From positions 1 through 24,000 of the forward strand of contig CAZLUZ010000018.1 in assembly GCA_964562825.1 (NCBI GenBank): a DNA stretch of 24,000 nucleotides. Direction: 5' to 3'. The notes under the pieces were generated by a model. It was not told the origin of the DNA. It did no database searches and saw only the letters and a list, made by a program, of their open reading frames with translations. This stretch comes from an uncultured Akkermansia sp. GTDB taxonomy: Bacteria > Verrucomicrobiota > Verrucomicrobiia > Verrucomicrobiales > DEV007. Made by a program: the position numbers and the translations under genes. Shown here one piece after another: positions 1 to 8,044 of the stretch (the stretch's first letter is position 1; each line of letters starts with the position of its first letter).

Positions 1-88
1 GCTCACGCACGCGGCCCATCGCGGGGATACTTTCTGCTGGCACCTGCTGCGCATGACACCCTACCGGTAATTCCTCGAGTCCGAGGGG

Positions 89-1435
89 TTGACCCCGGCG
101 ACCTCGGGGCGGCGCATTTCCCGTTGGGTATTCGAGGAGGGATTCGAGTCTGTCATCCGGCGCACCGTAGCTGAAATATCGGGCCGGATCGACGGGGGGC
201 TGGACACCTTCAGCCTTTCGCGGGCCGAGGATCTGGCCCTGGCCGCCCGCGTCTTCGACGCAACGGGGTCCCGGGATATCGAGGAATTTCTCGCTTATGC
301 CAGGAGCTACACCATGCGGGATCCCGATACCGACAGCGCGGTGCAGGTGATGACGATCCACAAATCGAAAGGGCTCACCTTCGACATGGTCATCCTCCCC
401 GATCTGGAGGGCTACTCCCTGACCGACGTCAGGCGCACCATCGGGGTCATGCGGAACCGAAACCGGGAGGTGGAGTGGGTCTACGATCTGCCGACCAAAG
501 AGATCGCCGATGCCGATAGCAGGCTGAGTGCCTACCGCAAGGATCGCGAGGCCGACGCGGCTTACGAGTCGCTCTGCAAATACTACGTGGCGATGACGCG
601 GGCGAAATATGCGAACTACCTCATCACCAATCCGAGATCGTCGAAATCGCAATCGAAGAATTTCATCATGATGCTGGAGATCGCCCTGGCGGAGGACCGT
701 CACGAGGGCAGGATTGGCCGGCTGCCCGTGGATATCCTCTACCGGAGCCACCTGCCCACCTCCGATCCGAAGTGGTATCTGGGGTATCAGCGGGACGAGC
801 CGCAGGAGGAGGCGAAGCCGCGGCCGGTCGAGGTCTCCGTGCCCGAGACCCGGGAGCGGGTCGACCGGCGAACGCCGAGTCGTTCCGAGAGGCAGGTGAT
901 TACGGCGAGGCTTCTCTTCAGTCGCGACGGGCAAAAAGCCCGGGAGTTCGGCACCCTGGTGCATGCCCTTTTCGAGGACGTCGAGTGGATCGAGGATTTC
1001 GACCCGGTCCGGGCCCGGGAGCGATGGCTGGGATTGCCCGGATGGTCGGGCGACGTGCTTCGGGAGGCGGTGGATCACACGCTGAGTTGCCTCGGCAGCG
1101 AGCCGGTGCGCGGGACCCTGTCGCGGCCGGGGCAGCATGCCGAGTGCTGGCGGGAAAAGAAGTTCGAGATTCTGCTGAACCGAGAGTGGTTGTCGGGCAC
1201 CTTCGACCGGGTCTCCATCGAGCGCGATGCCGCCGGCCACGCGGTGCGTGCTGCGGTCCTGGATTTCAAGACCGACCAGGTCCGGGACGAGGCGGACCGG
1301 ATCGCGGCGATCGAGAAGTATCGGCCCCAGTTGGAATTGTACCGCGACGTGCTGCAGCGTATGACCGGTCTGGCGGCGGACCGCATCGAGAAACGGCTTC
1401 TTCTCACCCGCACGGCGACGGTCATCTCGCTGTGA
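89..1435 (+). CDS. UvrD/AddA(RecB)-type helicase-nuclease, C-terminal part only (SF1 helicase motifs V-VI plus C-terminal PD-(D/E)XK nuclease). The N-terminal ATPase half is not in this ORF, so the gene may be disrupted.
   Basis: The ORF contains VMTIHKSKGLTFDMVILPDL (SF1 motif V-like) and YYVAMTRAKYANYLI (motif VI-like). It ends with VLDFKTDQV ... YRPQLELYRDVL, typical of RecB-family nuclease cores. The track start at 89 is a TTG. The same frame looks coding back to nt 2 but is broken by TAA at 68-70. Confidence 0.7.
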   Translation: MTPATSGRRISRWVFEEGFESVIRRTVAEISGRIDGGLDTFSLSRAEDLALAARVFDATGSRDIEEFLAYARSYTMRDPDTDSAVQVMTIHKSKGLTFDMVILPDLEGYSLTDVRRTIGVMRNRNREVEWVYDLPTKEIADADSRLSAYRKDREADAAYESLCKYYVAMTRAKYANYLITNPRSSKSQSKNFIMMLEIALAEDRHEGRIGRLPVDILYRSHLPTSDPKWYLGYQRDEPQEEAKPRPVEVSVPETRERVDRRTPSRSERQVITARLLFSRDGQKAREFGTLVHALFEDVEWIEDFDPVRARERWLGLPGWSGDVLREAVDHTLSCLGSEPVRGTLSRPGQHAECWREKKFEILLNREWLSGTFDRVSIERDAAGHAVRAAVLDFKTDQVRDEADRIAAIEKYRPQLELYRDVLQRMTGLAADRIEKRLLLTRTATVISL

Positions 1436-1543
1436 ATGGAAAATCGTCGGGCGTCGATTGAAGATTGAAGATGGATCGATGGAGGCATCGATTGCTTGGG
1501 GCCAAGGATCGGGGGCCCGGGACGGCGGCGAGGGGTGCCCTCG

Positions 1544-3346
1544 TTATCTGTCCAGTCCATGGGCCTTGCGGATCGCATGGACCACGCCGGCGCCGAGGAA
1601 GCGATCGCCGACCCGCGGGGCGATCCTGGTCAGATCGACGATCATCAGTCCGTCGAGACAGCCGGAGAACTTGGCGTCGACGTTGAAACCGAGGTAGGTG
1701 GCGTGAAATTTGGTGTATTGGCGGAGGAGGATAGGCACGCCTTTCCCGTCCTGTTCCAGGCTGCCCACCGCCGCGTCGATCTGCTCGATGGTCTCCAGTC
1801 CCTCCGCGATTTCACCGAGGCGGTCCCGAGTCCGACTTGACGTCTCCCGATCCACCGACCGGCTCCCCGGCCGAACGAGGTGGGCGAAATCCGTGGAGAA
1901 AGCGTGTTTTTCCAGAAACTGCACCATGAGATTGCGGGAGACAGGCAGGTAGTTGCCGCTGATGCTGACCGCTCCGAAAGCGTAGCGGAAACGCGGGTTC
2001 CGGCGAAGAAACTCGCCGATTCCGAGGAAAAGCATGCCCAGCGAGAGGTAGCCTTTCTGGCATTCCTCGACCACGAAAGAGCGTCCCAACTCCACGGCGG
2101 GACCGCCCAGGCTGTGAAAAAACTCCCGCTTGTAGCGGAACAGACTGCGGGTGTAGAGGCCCTGCACGCCGCGCCGCTCCGTGATCTCGTCGGATGGCCC
2201 CAGGCGATAGGCCCCGCCGATCTGTCTCGTCTCCCCATTCCACAGGAAGAGGTGCTGGTACCATTGATCGTACTCGTCGAGGTCGATGGCCTGTCCCGTT
2301 CCCTCGCCCACACTGCGGAAGGTCTTCTCCCGCAGTCTGCCGATCTCGCGGAGCACCCGGGGAATTTCGGCGGCCCCCGCGATGAAGCACCGCCAGGCGC
2401 CGCGGGTCAACAGGAGACGATCTTCTGGCAGAGCGGCGATTTCGACCTCCAACCCGTCGGGTTCGACAGGAAGGACAAGCGGTTCGAGCTCCGCCGGGCT
2501 CAGCTTCTTTCCCTCGCGGGTGACCTGCCAGCGTTTCTCCCGCGAAGCGGTGCCGAGAAGTTCCACGTGCCGCTGAACGAACGCGGCCCCTTTTTCGTAA
2601 TCGGCACGCGGGATGCGCCGTGCCGGAATCGGTCGACCGATCTCGATCCGGATGGTCCGGCCGCTCAGCCTTCGGAATTCGCGAAGCAACTGGGCGGTGC
2701 GCAGCAGGGGATGAACCAGTCCCGCGGCATGGAAAAAGACACTGTTGCGTCCCTCGAAATGAACCGGAACCACATCGGCCCCGCTTTTCGCCACCATCTG
2801 GATGAGGTGCTTCGACCACGCCTTTTCCCTGATCCGGCGCTCGGCGAAAGAGAAATGAGCCACTTCTCCGGCGGGAAAGAGACCGATGAGTCCGCCCGAT
2901 TGGAGATGAGCCAGCGCATCGCGCAGGCCGGCGATATTCCTCCGCGCTGCGCCCGCGCCGCCGAAGGGGTCAACGGGAATGAGGATATCCCGGGCCTCCG
3001 GCATGGCGGCGATGAGGGAGTTGCCCAGGAGCCGGGCATCGGAACGCCTGCGCAGCAGGACCTCCGCAAGAATGAGCGCGTCCGCGACCCCGAAGGGATG
3101 ATTGGAGACCACGATGACCGGTCCCTTCGCGGGAATTCGGGCCAGGGCGTCCTCCGTGACCTCGTAGTGGATGCCGAGGTGCGCCAGGCTGTCGGCGAGG
3201 AAAGCTCCTCCCTCCGTGTCATGATTTTCCCGGACCTCCCGGTAGCTTTTGTTAAACCAATCGAAGGCGAGCCACCGGGCCACCGGGCGCACCAGGAAGT
3301 CGGGCATTCGGCTGCCGAGGACGGCGTTTTCGTCAATCGGATTCAT
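1544..3346 (-). CDS. OlsF-like bifunctional lipid acyltransferase: N-terminal PlsC/LPLAT-type O-acyltransferase domain plus C-terminal OlsB-like GNAT N-acyltransferase domain
   Basis: HX4D acyltransferase motif NHPFGVAD (nt 3080-3103) and a FPAGEV block. The C-terminal half has OlsB/hemolysin-like GNAT signatures (DLDEYDQWYQHLFLWN, IGGAYRLG, ELGRSFV). Start is set at ATG 3346 (MNPIDEN...), which forms an ATGA overlap with the upstream stop. The track start at 3472 would overlap the upstream gene by about 130 nt. The amino-acid substrate cannot be read from the sequence. Confidence 0.7.
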   Translation of the reverse strand: MNPIDENAVLGSRMPDFLVRPVARWLAFDWFNKSYREVRENHDTEGGAFLADSLAHLGIHYEVTEDALARIPAKGPVIVVSNHPFGVADALILAEVLLRRRSDARLLGNSLIAAMPEARDILIPVDPFGGAGAARRNIAGLRDALAHLQSGGLIGLFPAGEVAHFSFAERRIREKAWSKHLIQMVAKSGADVVPVHFEGRNSVFFHAAGLVHPLLRTAQLLREFRRLSGRTIRIEIGRPIPARRIPRADYEKGAAFVQRHVELLGTASREKRWQVTREGKKLSPAELEPLVLPVEPDGLEVEIAALPEDRLLLTRGAWRCFIAGAAEIPRVLREIGRLREKTFRSVGEGTGQAIDLDEYDQWYQHLFLWNGETRQIGGAYRLGPSDEITERRGVQGLYTRSLFRYKREFFHSLGGPAVELGRSFVVEECQKGYLSLGMLFLGIGEFLRRNPRFRYAFGAVSISGNYLPVSRNLMVQFLEKHAFSTDFAHLVRPGSRSVDRETSSRTRDRLGEIAEGLETIEQIDAAVGSLEQDGKGVPILLRQYTKFHATYLGFNVDAKFSGCLDGLMIVDLTRIAPRVGDRFLGAGVVHAIRKAHGLDR

Positions 3347-5877
3347 CGAAGAGGGGCTTCGAAGCGTTTGGCGGCCTGATAAGCCTTGATGTTGCCCCAG
3401 AGATCGAGAAAGGAGGGCTCCGGGCAGCCCCGGGCGCGATTCTTCGCCCCGATCTCGTAACAGAGTTCCCATTGCCGGCGCAGGATGGCGAGAGCCTGCG
3501 AAAAGGTGTGGTCCGGATCGTAGATCGCGGTGGCTTCCGAGGTCACCCCGTTGAGTTCCAGGATAAGGATGCCGCGACCGGCCCGGAGTTCCTCCTCAGA
3601 GGGAGCTTTCAGATCAAACCGGCCGAAGTGAAATCCGGCGAAAGAGCGCGCGATCCGGTCGATTTCCCGGGTCAGGCGGGGGGTGATCAGGTCATCTCCC
3701 GAGAGAAAAAGCGCACCGCGGGAATGCGTTCCCAGCCGACTCAGGAGCAATCTCTCTCCCTGGGCGGGAACGGTCCCCAGGTGCTGCCGGAACTGGCGAA
3801 GAAAAAAATCGGCCATGAGACGGGCCCGCGGATGGGACAGGATGAGTTCCTCGATCGTGCTCCTGCCATCTCCCACCACGGAGACCGATTTCTTTCTCGT
3901 GATGGAAAAGATGCGGCCCTCGGCGTCCTCCGGGTGCCGGTAGTAGAAGACTCCGAACTCGGGACCCTCGACATACTGCTGGGCGACGACGGGCTCGGTC
4001 GCACCGGAAACGGCGAAGTATTCCTCCACCTCGCGGTCGCTATGGACGATGGCCACGCCCTTTCCCCGTTCCCCGCAAACGGGTTTGAGCACGATCGGAT
4101 AGCGCGGGTCGGAAATACGGTGCATAAATTCTTTCACCTCCGCGGCGGACGACACCAGGGCGAACGCCGGCAGGTTGCCGCTCTCCCGCAGAGCCTCCAG
4201 GCTGATTCGTTTCGGTTCGTGGGCGAAGCCTCCGCAGGGGAGAGCCGGATTCGCCGCCGCGAACACCGTGGCCGAGCGGTGCCGCAGGGCGAGAAACACC
4301 GCGTGGGGCAGCAAGGCCAGGTAGAGAATCCAGGCGGGCCAGAACTCCCATCGGGTCCGTCGATCCCAGCGTGCGGCGAAAAGCCGTCTCTGCCGCGGGT
4401 CGGAGAGGATCGATACCCCACGCACCACGAGGAGGAGCGCCCCGACGAGACCGAGCAGACCCACGATAATGTAGTTCTCGTGGTCCTCGAACCAGGGCAG
4501 GAACACGTGTCCGAAGACGGCCGAAAGCCCCACCAGGATCGGTGTCCAGATGGCGGCGGCGAGGAGAAACCAGAAGAGGAACTTTTTCAGGCAGACCCCG
4601 GCGGCACCCATTCCCACGTAGACGGGAAGTCGCGAACCCGGGATGAAGCGGGTGGCGATGATGACCTTGGCCCCGTTGGCGTCGAGCCATCGGCGACCGG
4701 AATCGATCTTGTCCTTTGGGGCGATCCAACGCAGGGGGGCGCGTTCCAGGGCGCGCGGACCGAGCCATTTTCCGAGGAGGAAAAGAGTGATATCTCCCAG
4801 AAAGATCCCCGCGAGGCAGCCGGCCACGGCGGTGGCGAAGTGGAGAACGCCCCGGGACGTCAGCAGACCGCCCGAAATGCAGGCGAGGTCCTCGCTGGCC
4901 AAGGTCGCGATGCCGAGGAGCAACATGGTCGCCACTGCCCCGGCGGGCGATCCGTCGAGTCGCCTCAATTCCGCGGGCCTTTCCGCATCCACCACCCGCG
5001 AAAGCGTCGCTCCGCTGCGCCGGGGACCCGGTTCCCGAGCAAATCGGGCGATCGGGGCGGCAACTTCCGCGGGGCGCCGCATCAGATCGATGTGATTTCC
5101 TCCCTCGATCCAGACCAGCTGACTCTGGGGAACGATGCGGTGGTGCTCTCGTGCGGCCGATCCGGGCACGAGACGGTCGTGTTCTCCTTGGATGATCAGG
5201 GTGGGTCCGGTCCAGGTCTCGAGCAGGCTCCGCAGGGGGCGTTGATCGGTCTCGTAGAAGTTTCGCGCGTAGTTCCGGTTGAGCATCGCGCTGTCCCACC
5301 ATCCGAAATGGGGAACGCCTTCCTGGATGAGGGTGATCGCGGCGAGTTGAAGGCCGTGGATAGCGTGGTTGAGCACATAGTCGCCCAGCAGTTCGTGTTC
5401 CTGGACCCCGATGGAGGCGAGCAGGACCAGACCGGAGATCCGCTCGGGAGCCAGGTGGGCCAGATGGATGGCCACGCCTCCCCCCATGGAGTAGCCCACC
5501 GGAATCACGTTCTCCAGGTCCCTTTGTCGGAGCCATTTGGCGAGGTAATGGGCATGCGCCTCGATGGATAGATCCTCGACCCGTTGCTCCGATCGCCCGA
5601 AGCCGGGCAGATCGGGGATCAGGAGGGGAAACTCCCCTTCCAGTTGCGCGGCGAGGGGCGCGAAGATGCCCGGCATGGTCGGGCTCCCGTGAATGAGCAG
5701 CAGGGTGGGGCCTTCGGCGGCTCCCGATTCGCGAAAGGCCAGCCTGTCGCCCAGCACGGTGGTGGCTTCCTGCCCCGGTAGCGGACCCGGAGCATCCTGG
5801 ACCTGCCGGTAGACGTGGGAGAGTGCCAGCAGAATCACGTAGACGAGAAGGATCACCCTTTTCCAGCGGCCTTTCAT
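3343..5877 (-). CDS. Triple-fusion membrane protein: N-terminal TM anchor + alpha/beta hydrolase domain, central DedA/VTT (SNARE-associated) membrane domain, C-terminal ATP-grasp ligase domain (844 aa)
   Basis: Hydrolase: LLLIHGSPT, nucleophile elbow GYSMGGG (Ser codon 5488-5490), later GEHDRLVP and GGNHIDL as candidate Asp/His. DedA: LGDITLFLLGKWLG and VIIATRFIPGSRLPVYVGMGAAG with flanking hydrophobic helices. ATP-grasp: PIVLKPVCGERGKGVAIV, VVAQQYVEGPEFGVFYY, ILELNGVTSEATAIYD. Start is set at ATG 5877 (MKGRWKRVILLVYVILLAL...), in an ATGA overlap with the upstream stop. The 109-aa N-terminal extension in the track is Arg/Pro/Gly-rich and overlaps the upstream gene. Confidence 0.75.
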   Translation of the reverse strand: MKGRWKRVILLVYVILLALSHVYRQVQDAPGPLPGQEATTVLGDRLAFRESGAAEGPTLLLIHGSPTMPGIFAPLAAQLEGEFPLLIPDLPGFGRSEQRVEDLSIEAHAHYLAKWLRQRDLENVIPVGYSMGGGVAIHLAHLAPERISGLVLLASIGVQEHELLGDYVLNHAIHGLQLAAITLIQEGVPHFGWWDSAMLNRNYARNFYETDQRPLRSLLETWTGPTLIIQGEHDRLVPGSAAREHHRIVPQSQLVWIEGGNHIDLMRRPAEVAAPIARFAREPGPRRSGATLSRVVDAERPAELRRLDGSPAGAVATMLLLGIATLASEDLACISGGLLTSRGVLHFATAVAGCLAGIFLGDITLFLLGKWLGPRALERAPLRWIAPKDKIDSGRRWLDANGAKVIIATRFIPGSRLPVYVGMGAAGVCLKKFLFWFLLAAAIWTPILVGLSAVFGHVFLPWFEDHENYIIVGLLGLVGALLLVVRGVSILSDPRQRRLFAARWDRRTRWEFWPAWILYLALLPHAVFLALRHRSATVFAAANPALPCGGFAHEPKRISLEALRESGNLPAFALVSSAAEVKEFMHRISDPRYPIVLKPVCGERGKGVAIVHSDREVEEYFAVSGATEPVVAQQYVEGPEFGVFYYRHPEDAEGRIFSITRKKSVSVVGDGRSTIEELILSHPRARLMADFFLRQFRQHLGTVPAQGERLLLSRLGTHSRGALFLSGDDLITPRLTREIDRIARSFAGFHFGRFDLKAPSEEELRAGRGILILELNGVTSEATAIYDPDHTFSQALAILRRQWELCYEIGAKNRARGCPEPSFLDLWGNIKAYQAAKRFEAPLR

Positions 5878-6605
5878 GGCCTGGAGGAGGGAAAAGGAGA
5901 CTTCACCCCCAGCCGGGTCGTCGCCCCCCACGCCCAGTCCGGTGCCGTGGCGTAGGAATAGGCGGCGCGATTTCCCCGCCCGATTTTGATCCGGCTGAGG
6001 CTCACGGTATGCGCGTCCTCCCGGGACATGATGGTGGAGAAAGCGGAATGGCTGGCATCGAACCAGCGATGGAAGGACTCGCCACCACCGGTTTGGCGAT
6101 AGGCGTCGCGACGCGCGGCCGTCACCTCGGCGGTCTCGAAAGACGAAGTTGTCAGGGGTAGCTCGGCCGGGCGCCGTTGGAGCTGGCCAGCATCCCACCG
6201 CCACAGGCCGGCTGTCCGGGAGTTCAGTGCCACAAAAAGAAAGGGTCGGAACCGTCCTTTCTCCACCCTATCCGCGAGCCAATCGCCCGAGGCTTCGGGG
6301 TCCGCCAGCAAGGATGCGGCCTCCACGACGAGTCTGCCGCGGCTGGTGTAATCTCGTCCATCGGGATCGGGGAGAGGAGAACCGCTGTAGTGGTTGAGCA
6401 GGGCAAAGCAGGTTCCCGCCTCGTTCACCGCCAGCCAGGAGCCTCCGCCTTCGGGGTCAATGCAGGAGATCCAGCGGAAGTCACCATCCGGCCGTTGCTG
6501 GACGAGGGGACCGGTGGCCGCGGCACGCGACCTCGATTCGTCTCGGTTGAACCAGATGGTGAGAGTTTCCCCGGTCCGGGACCGTTGCCAGCTCATGGTG
6601 CACAT
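5874..6605 (-). CDS. NRDE family protein (TANGO2-like, Ntn-hydrolase-like fold with N-terminal Met-Cys)
   Basis: Begins MCT..., carries the eponymous motif WFNRDESRSR, then GGGSWLAVNEAGTCFALLNHY. This follows the pattern MC...NRDE..R...GG(T/S)WL......L(T/L)N of the TANGO2/NRDE family. The stop overlaps the next start (ATGA at 5874-5877). Confidence 0.85.
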   Translation of the reverse strand: MCTMSWQRSRTGETLTIWFNRDESRSRAAATGPLVQQRPDGDFRWISCIDPEGGGSWLAVNEAGTCFALLNHYSGSPLPDPDGRDYTSRGRLVVEAASLLADPEASGDWLADRVEKGRFRPFLFVALNSRTAGLWRWDAGQLQRRPAELPLTTSSFETAEVTAARRDAYRQTGGGESFHRWFDASHSAFSTIMSREDAHTVSLSRIKIGRGNRAAYSYATAPDWAWGATTRLGVKSPFPSSRP

Positions 6606-6638
6606 CGCGTTGCTCCGGGATCGTTCGGCGACCGCCGT

Positions 6639-7181
6639 TCAGGCGGACAAGGACTGCCGCTGCGCCGTTTCTCTCCGGAACTGAACCGTGGAAGGAGCGA
6701 GTCCGAACTCCTCATCGAGGACGATTCCCTCGCGCCGGCACATGATTGCGAGGATGGCGTAGTGATGCACCGCGTGGCTGAGGACGAACTGGAGTTCGCG
6801 CCCGATGGAGGAGTCCTGCCATTCGTCGGGATCATCCGAGGAAGCGTTGGACCGAACCCGGCAACGCATTCCGGGATCGATCCGGAGGCGGAGATCCTCG
6901 AGTAGTGCGATGGTTTCGTCGAAAGCTGCGATGGCGGCGACCAGCTTCGTCTCCACCACGATATCGCGTTCCCGGGCGTCGTAGTCGACGAGGTAGGGCG
7001 CCTCCATACCGGCGACAAGCCTCTGGTAGTGTTCGATGATGTGGCGGCAGTGGCCGCCGAAGGAGGCGCCGAGGAACTCGGCAGAGACGTGCGCGTACCG
7101 AGCTTGATCGATCCTCCGGAGCAGGGCCGAGGCCTGACCGAGACAGACGATGTTTGCCGCAAACAAATCGGGTCGGTTCAT
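6639..7181 (-). CDS. DinB-like (DinB_2 / four-helix-bundle metal-binding superfamily) protein
   Basis: About 180 aa with the His pattern of DinB-type bundles (GGHCRHIIEHYQ near the N-terminus, LSHAVHHYAILAIM near the C-terminus). Start is set at ATG 7181 (MNRPDLF...). It lies 33 nt upstream of the NRDE gene on the same strand. The family call is by eye only. Confidence 0.5.
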   Translation of the reverse strand: MNRPDLFAANIVCLGQASALLRRIDQARYAHVSAEFLGASFGGHCRHIIEHYQRLVAGMEAPYLVDYDARERDIVVETKLVAAIAAFDETIALLEDLRLRIDPGMRCRVRSNASSDDPDEWQDSSIGRELQFVLSHAVHHYAILAIMCRREGIVLDEEFGLAPSTVQFRRETAQRQSLSA

Positions 7182-7264
7182 GGTGCAAAAAATGCCACGG
7201 GGCGAATCTCCGCACACGGGCGGGTGTTGTCACCAGAAATTCTTTCCCCGGGTAGGTCCGATTG

Positions 7265-8044
7265 TCAGGGCAGATCGTCGATGCGCCGGATCCCCGTTTC
7301 TGGGTCGGTGGCGACGAATAGCAGGCTGCCACATCGGCTCACCTTTCCCGTCACCTCAACCGGTTCTGCGACGAGGTCCAGAATCTGTTCGTTGATCGCC
7401 TCGCCGTTGACGCCCGTCATGATGAGCTTGGTCACGCTGCCATCCTCGCCGCGGAGCAGCAGCATGGGCGGGACACCTCCCTTGATGCAGTGGATGGCGC
7501 AGGCGCGGTGCGGTTTGAGCACCCCGGGATTCATCACGCCGAGGTAGCATTTGCTGTCCACGATCTCGCCTCTGAGGGTCTGGGACCCGAAGTCCACGAA
7601 TTCGCCCAGACTGACATCGGCGGGCCGGGTCGATTTCTGCACCGATCCGTCGATCACCTCCAGCATGGCGTTTCCCCCATCGTGGATCAGCGTGCCTCTG
7701 AGGTCCACCGCCTCCAGGTGAAAGGTCTCCGCCACCTCGGGGTCGAAGCCGTACTTCAGCGGACGCACCAGGAGGAACACCGACTGTTGGCTATCGGGTT
7801 CCGGCTCCGGGGTGAGGAGCATGGGGACCGGGTTGGCGACGAGGACCCCGGAAAATTCGCGGACGTTGCCGAACTGGAACTGTCCGATGCCGAGAGTGCT
7901 CTGAAAGAGCGGGAATACCGCCGCGAGAAGCATTGCCGCCCCGAGAATGAGGCCGGTGCGCAGCCGGAGGAAGCCGGCGATACCCGGAGGGGGCGTTTTC
8001 TCCCAACCGATGAAAAATTCGGGTGCGTTCTTTTCTGTGCTCAT
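7265..8044 (-). CDS. Hypothetical membrane-anchored protein with an extracytoplasmic domain carrying a C-x16-C-x3-C motif
   Basis: The N-terminus has RLR followed by one hydrophobic helix (GLILGAAMLLAAVFPLF). The C-terminal part contains SKCYLGVMNPGVLKPHRACAIHCIKGGVPP and a fourth Cys (VSRCGS). No family was recognised. The start ATG 8044 overlaps the stop of the Rieske/FRD gene (ATGA at 8041-8044). Codon third positions are GC-rich. Confidence 0.6.
   Translation of the reverse strand: MSTEKNAPEFFIGWEKTPPPGIAGFLRLRTGLILGAAMLLAAVFPLFQSTLGIGQFQFGNVREFSGVLVANPVPMLLTPEPEPDSQQSVFLLVRPLKYGFDPEVAETFHLEAVDLRGTLIHDGGNAMLEVIDGSVQKSTRPADVSLGEFVDFGSQTLRGEIVDSKCYLGVMNPGVLKPHRACAIHCIKGGVPPMLLLRGEDGSVTKLIMTGVNGEAINEQILDLVAEPVEVTGKVSRCGSLLFVATDPETGIRRIDDLP

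Noticed and set aside
1456-1472. Lower-GC island with a tandem heptamer GATTGAA GATTGAA and nearby ATCGAT palindromes, in the convergent gap between the helicase and OlsF-like genes
   Set aside because: There are only two repeat copies. I found no convincing stem-loop or U-tract, so I cannot support a terminator, binding site or RNA call. It is probably just an intergenic spacer.
1880-3379. 499-aa plus-strand ORF, plus 1812-2819 and 1645-2313 on the minus strand
   Set aside because: These are alternative frames over the OlsF-like gene. Only the 1544-3346 frame yields the HX4D and GNAT motifs.
3472-5571. 699-aa plus-strand ORF, plus other nested ORFs at 4040-5536 and 4643-5095
   Set aside because: These are antisense to, or out of frame with, the hydrolase-DedA-ATP-grasp gene. 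The translations are dominated by G/R/P/E runs and show no motifs.
5878-6204. N-terminal extensions of track ORFs (953-aa version of the triple fusion; also 3347-3472 for the 642-aa version of the OlsF-like gene)
   Set aside because: The extensions overlap the upstream genes extensively and are R/P/G-rich. Internal ATGs forming ATGA junctions give plausible N-termini.
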